64,000 nt of DNA, from assembly GCA_949358305.1 (NCBI GenBank), contig OX442314.1, forward strand, positions 23,684,001 through 23,748,000, given 5' to 3'. Origin of the DNA: Strigamia acuminata (Eukaryota). The notes under the pieces are model-generated. The model ran no database searches, had not been told where the DNA came from, and was given only the letters and a program-made list of their open reading frames with translations. Below, one piece after another: positions 63,501 to 64,000 of this stretch (the stretch's first letter is position 1; each line of letters opens with the position of its first letter). The position numbers and the translations under genes were made by a program.

Positions 63501-63663
63501 TATTGAACTAATACCGGTACCTTACTATTTTTTTTTTACTAGTCATTGCGCTGATGAACTTCACCACAATGCAGTTTTAGGTAAAAGTAATCAGATGCTT
63601 CTTGTTCTCAGCTCAATGTATGACTCAGCAAGAGGTTTTGATGTATCAATTAAGTTTGTATAA
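48568..63663 (+). CDS. Astacin-family (M12A) zinc metalloprotease with EGF and CUB domains (BP10/SpAN/NAS-like architecture), about 429 aa
   Basis: Exons 48568-48624, 48694-48720, 48794-48974, 49226-49358, 49422-49503, 49612-49809, 49890-50016, 50085-50210, 50273-50373, 63326-63462 and 63543-63663 total 1290 nt in frame. Signal peptide, WEQDIV prodomain motif, RWPQGIIPY, HELAHAIGLWHEQDRLDRD zinc motif, SLMQY Met-turn, EGF (CQNGG..CECPPGFSGSNC), CUB (CGG..SPNYPNN..CAWLIEAP..RGF). Confidence 0.93.
50414..51233 (+). repeat. 5' LTR
   Basis: TGTGGTG...CGCGACA; same text as 62461-63280; TGAGTCA at 50464, CATAAAA at 50597, AATAAA at 51116. Confidence 0.97.
51236..51253 (+). promoter_or_regulatory. 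Primer-binding site, tRNA-Pro-like
   Basis: TGGGGGCCTGTCCGGGAT 2 nt after the LTR; 16/18 identical to the canonical tRNA-Pro PBS TGGGGGCTCGTCCGGGAT. Confidence 0.85.
51328..54468 (+). CDS. gag: Gag (1046 aa) with a long N-terminal extension, capsid-like domain and CCHC knuckle
   Basis: FDGS..AREWY..TWDDFLVRFDLRY..LRQAPGETLADY retrotransposon gag region; CYSCGEYGHYSDKC zinc knuckle; first ORF after the PBS. Confidence 0.93.
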   Translation: MSDKDEQSTSDTEQRMPEKGKRTSDYHLRSDGPVPEMSAKAKARANKRRAKAQKEEQAASLAALDGPERERVPLNMQPFEDTDPEAIENREEIRDVSPGRVSILMTEETNEAPKITVTVGTNPSPPTAQTSVEQTPRKNDGGTPITPRVTASPAVVSFEVSHLIRLTRQAAQLKAMIDIPVGTSVWESITLLTDAICAAQAPTPVARPAAETPMPQVTPSDTGGFAPDPNRTLHESREKAREEARQEATSRQRRLSAERRELWKEEEEREQRERRTTERTEKLVQKMREEREAKIRKEWNATVEGRHREAQEYEDQFQALIAQRKTEKLQMLRKEAILQHQKWEEQHRERLREEEARKEKEQFLKEKEEWDRVRWTEEYKAKKQAIIDEQKRWEAENWEKETEKFQKEYAQDVSDRKKNEENLKRKPEPPSGSDTDTGEGATKPAKTAKRGKSQKRDESVPKTKDRHPSKRSETGAAIDALLEKKNANKNRERPESEENRWHSFYENNDGGEPPPSGGSKQKKAGGETPPRGPRFHPQGDPSEPSDSSDDDHPSRPSTGRSQEDSDGHRSNRPNASDRSSRSSNPRSEEGNFQDSSGRHYTMSELGRALLNSFRREGIDLGHPGDEHNRAGERVKRKYGVRNEPSSEATGNIRWQHYIQTRFDGSWKAGDRFLDEVMRIKKATKATVADMLTHGLVELTTGSAREWYQGLKNPTWDDFLVRFDLRYGETPDEISNKLRGLRQAPGETLADYDARAKLLFARAPYEINPAGFTMIFYGGLSAHSQRILLDMRAPRTGDYQDVSNYLLTNTLEIEQRYYATLPPEEADAHEKRLQTSAERHKTSEKLMRPSEYLSGIMSLTEASFGRMLTPKAGSILPANPIAAPKKAPAATAMQVTSTDSTQMEKVEETTPLATAKEEEPASSDEEALNEHLENLSTGCDDQGPYLHHAHRALAIAQFRAHVQATKARGALGGKRRFPTPFVPKKPGFTPTGDKSNIKCYSCGEYGHYSDKCEKTVKEKDIMQTMMKMMMELRTDLAKNFQAQASPK
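54435..54486 (+). promoter_or_regulatory. -1 programmed ribosomal frameshift signal (gag-pol)
   Basis: A_AAA_AAC heptamer in gag frame (54435-54441), 6-nt spacer, stem GCGCAGGCG (54448-54456) / CGTCTGCGC (54478-54486); the -1 frame is open straight into pol. Confidence 0.88.
54441..58571 (+). CDS. pol: Pol polyprotein (protease, reverse transcriptase, RNase H, integrase)
   Basis: LLDSGADRSF (PR); MDLSKGYWQ, MPFGLVNAPSTFQ, YLDDII (RT); LHTDAS, ELECLAV, TDHQAL, ADALSR (RH); HGHPLASHSG..CPRC, IDLMGP, SDNGPQF, VERLN, GPY (IN). Lies in the -1 frame relative to gag; the ORF track calls it from 54540. Confidence 0.97.
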   Translation, partial: LPSAGVAEINSASSAPAAEIKKKKYHTGPAGHALAEAQIKDRIQIVPKKEEKVTLTSMQVRTKPEVDMDWTDLPFNLEVEPQTLRVFHCNVTKAHCETLCMLPVEIENQKLFGLLDSGADRSFISEDIVKDLDIGKKVAQVNANVELLTANGYVKPKGVVRIMIDWTGGNLSHPFIVLPSHDKVFLLGMDIMAKLKIQPNPITRSWNWISPEGERSVPVVPQKLLDEAKDKEEYGRGLRKFVQDYDFAAFTLELQRSNVVDTLVEEAALRVNEASLLRRVLRKHERILTKTPGRTTEATHEIVLTTDKPIRVPYKGMNPQKRDIVTQMCQDMLDKGIVTQALGEYAMRIVLVMRPGSEPRLCIDYRPLNAITVIDPIQMPSIDSILRELSPFKWVTTMDLSKGYWQVELKPEDKLKTAFYSPIGRLMFNVMPFGLVNAPSTFQKLIESVLGDMLHDFVWAYLDDIIITSDTFEEHIDHIDRVVSRLAKAGLHIHPGKSKFCRKELAFLGYRIGVEGIAIDPEKVKAINGFPAPEDIKGVQRFMGMVNFFGRLLSGLAEVAAPITDLLRTDKEFEWTVQCEAAFSTIKQMLADVEKMPLPDLNRPFVLHTDASKIGLGAALLQTHVYNGISQEVPCMFISRKIQGAEKNYTATELECLAVIWAVRKFRDYLEYTNFEVQTDHQALSWLMKLKEPSGRLARWQLELMACDITITYRPGKYNHVADALSRAPASDPQGPDDDGEDDTHLLYCPTPRRIWRLRKANELPVMEPEDRTFCGFWTRTYQPAGTNNSTSEIQSPPPGETHKTLLRAFTAKIEEKTQYAPPTRREFVEHQAADTKCQIITQYLLNGEFPEGMTNPHRRKQFVKEATSYLIDDELLVKYHPTFQDDLSGAGNSVKVVVPASLHNRLLWLMHGHPLASHSGVARTLYRVKQLFFWPGARQKITKFIRHCPRCQACRPRDKVARNAMSLGPYAPFDCLSIDLMGPKPTTGNKNMYILVIMDVATRWPELYALAKPSAENIVECLYDVAMRFGFPRKLISDNGPQFRSRIYKDFCRKFKMDASNTSTYNPQTNPVERLNKDIKYALTVFTDIHNRWDEYLREIAFSIRSTVSRTREFSPAYLNFARELRMPWDPRVAEAVNVLDPSSPHEYVCRLEQTISDTYQHMMAHIFNMRERIADKEGDLAFANFKVNDLVWKEAHTLSNAARGIAAGLADKRDGPYVIVAEHGGNAYQLRRLEDNKNFQSIHGRDLRPYLPEFPQEIWLEGQTHSGQGGTVVDTFQKTNEAENIAESEDEFFDAESPADEAPAQPEQAISEREEAEECTSEMENKKINNEKNANTSEMNEQVESRSTSTSKINLRPRRSNNPFIRDGKVVGKN
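58949..62413 (+). CDS. Third retrotransposon gene (ORF3): non-Env, unknown function, probably spliced (simplest model 58949-59065 + 59627-62413, 967 aa)
   Basis: The 885-aa ORF is open back to 59612 and has an acceptor at attattcag|59627 in phase 0; an upstream ATG exon (MADRRNPRLEP...WDEQPPLQ) ends CAG|GTAAAT in phase 0. No signal peptide or TM helix seen; Arg/Ser- and Pro-rich tracts alternate with apparently folded segments. Confidence 0.75.
62447..62458 (+). promoter_or_regulatory. Polypurine tract
   Basis: Purine run GGAGGAGGGA followed by CG and then the 3' LTR. Confidence 0.75.
62461..63280 (+). repeat. 3' LTR
   Basis: Same length as the 5' LTR and no differences found by eye; followed by TSD CGAG. 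Confidence 0.97.
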
Positions 63664-64000
63664 ATTGAAAACCTTAAATAAAAAAAAAGGGTTTGATGTA
63701 TTTGTAAAATTTAGATAAATTCGGTAAATAAAATTTATTCAATATTCTGTCTGGATTAGTAGAAACTATACGGTACATTATTGTAAGTTATTTCAATGTT
63801 AGAATCACCAGCACTGAGCAAATGTTCATAAATCGCTAAGATTTATGTAATTACGTATTTGTTGATCTCATGAAAATAAAACATGCTTTGATGGTCAAGA
63901 ACAAGTTCGTTGTTACATTTCTTGGGGTTCACATACATAAAATCAGGGGGAGAAAGGGTTATCCAGGACAATTTGTGACTATTTCGGACACTTCCTATTT

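Overview
AT-rich eukaryotic DNA, probably from an invertebrate (arthropod-like), with mostly short GT-AG introns. Host genes reconstructed by hand: a signal-peptide first exon of a minus-strand gene (10376-10529); an FN3 + single-TM FNDC4/5-like gene (+, 22012-32854); CPLANE2/RSG1 (-, 33697-34635); CCDC115 (-, 34841-35365); a Cys-rich, probably GPI-anchored protein (+, 35780-36829); a 25-exon secreted protein built from 14 tandem 'DPxxLLxSAIQAR' exons (-, 36943-42933) with a short paralog (-, 47198-47505); and an astacin-EGF-CUB metalloprotease (+, 48568-63663). One small astacin intron carries an intact 12.9-kb Ty3/gypsy LTR retrotransposon (50414-63280). It has apparently identical 820-bp LTRs, a CGAG target-site duplication (TSD), a tRNA-Pro-like PBS, a 1046-aa Gag, a -1 frameshift signal and a complete PR-RT-RH-IN Pol. 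The standout is a large third gene in the env position that looks nothing like Env and appears to be expressed by multiple splicing, an organisation reminiscent of complex retroviruses. MITEs, a solo LTR, a copia RT relic and minisatellites are also present. All exon models come from reading the sequence by eye; no searches were run.
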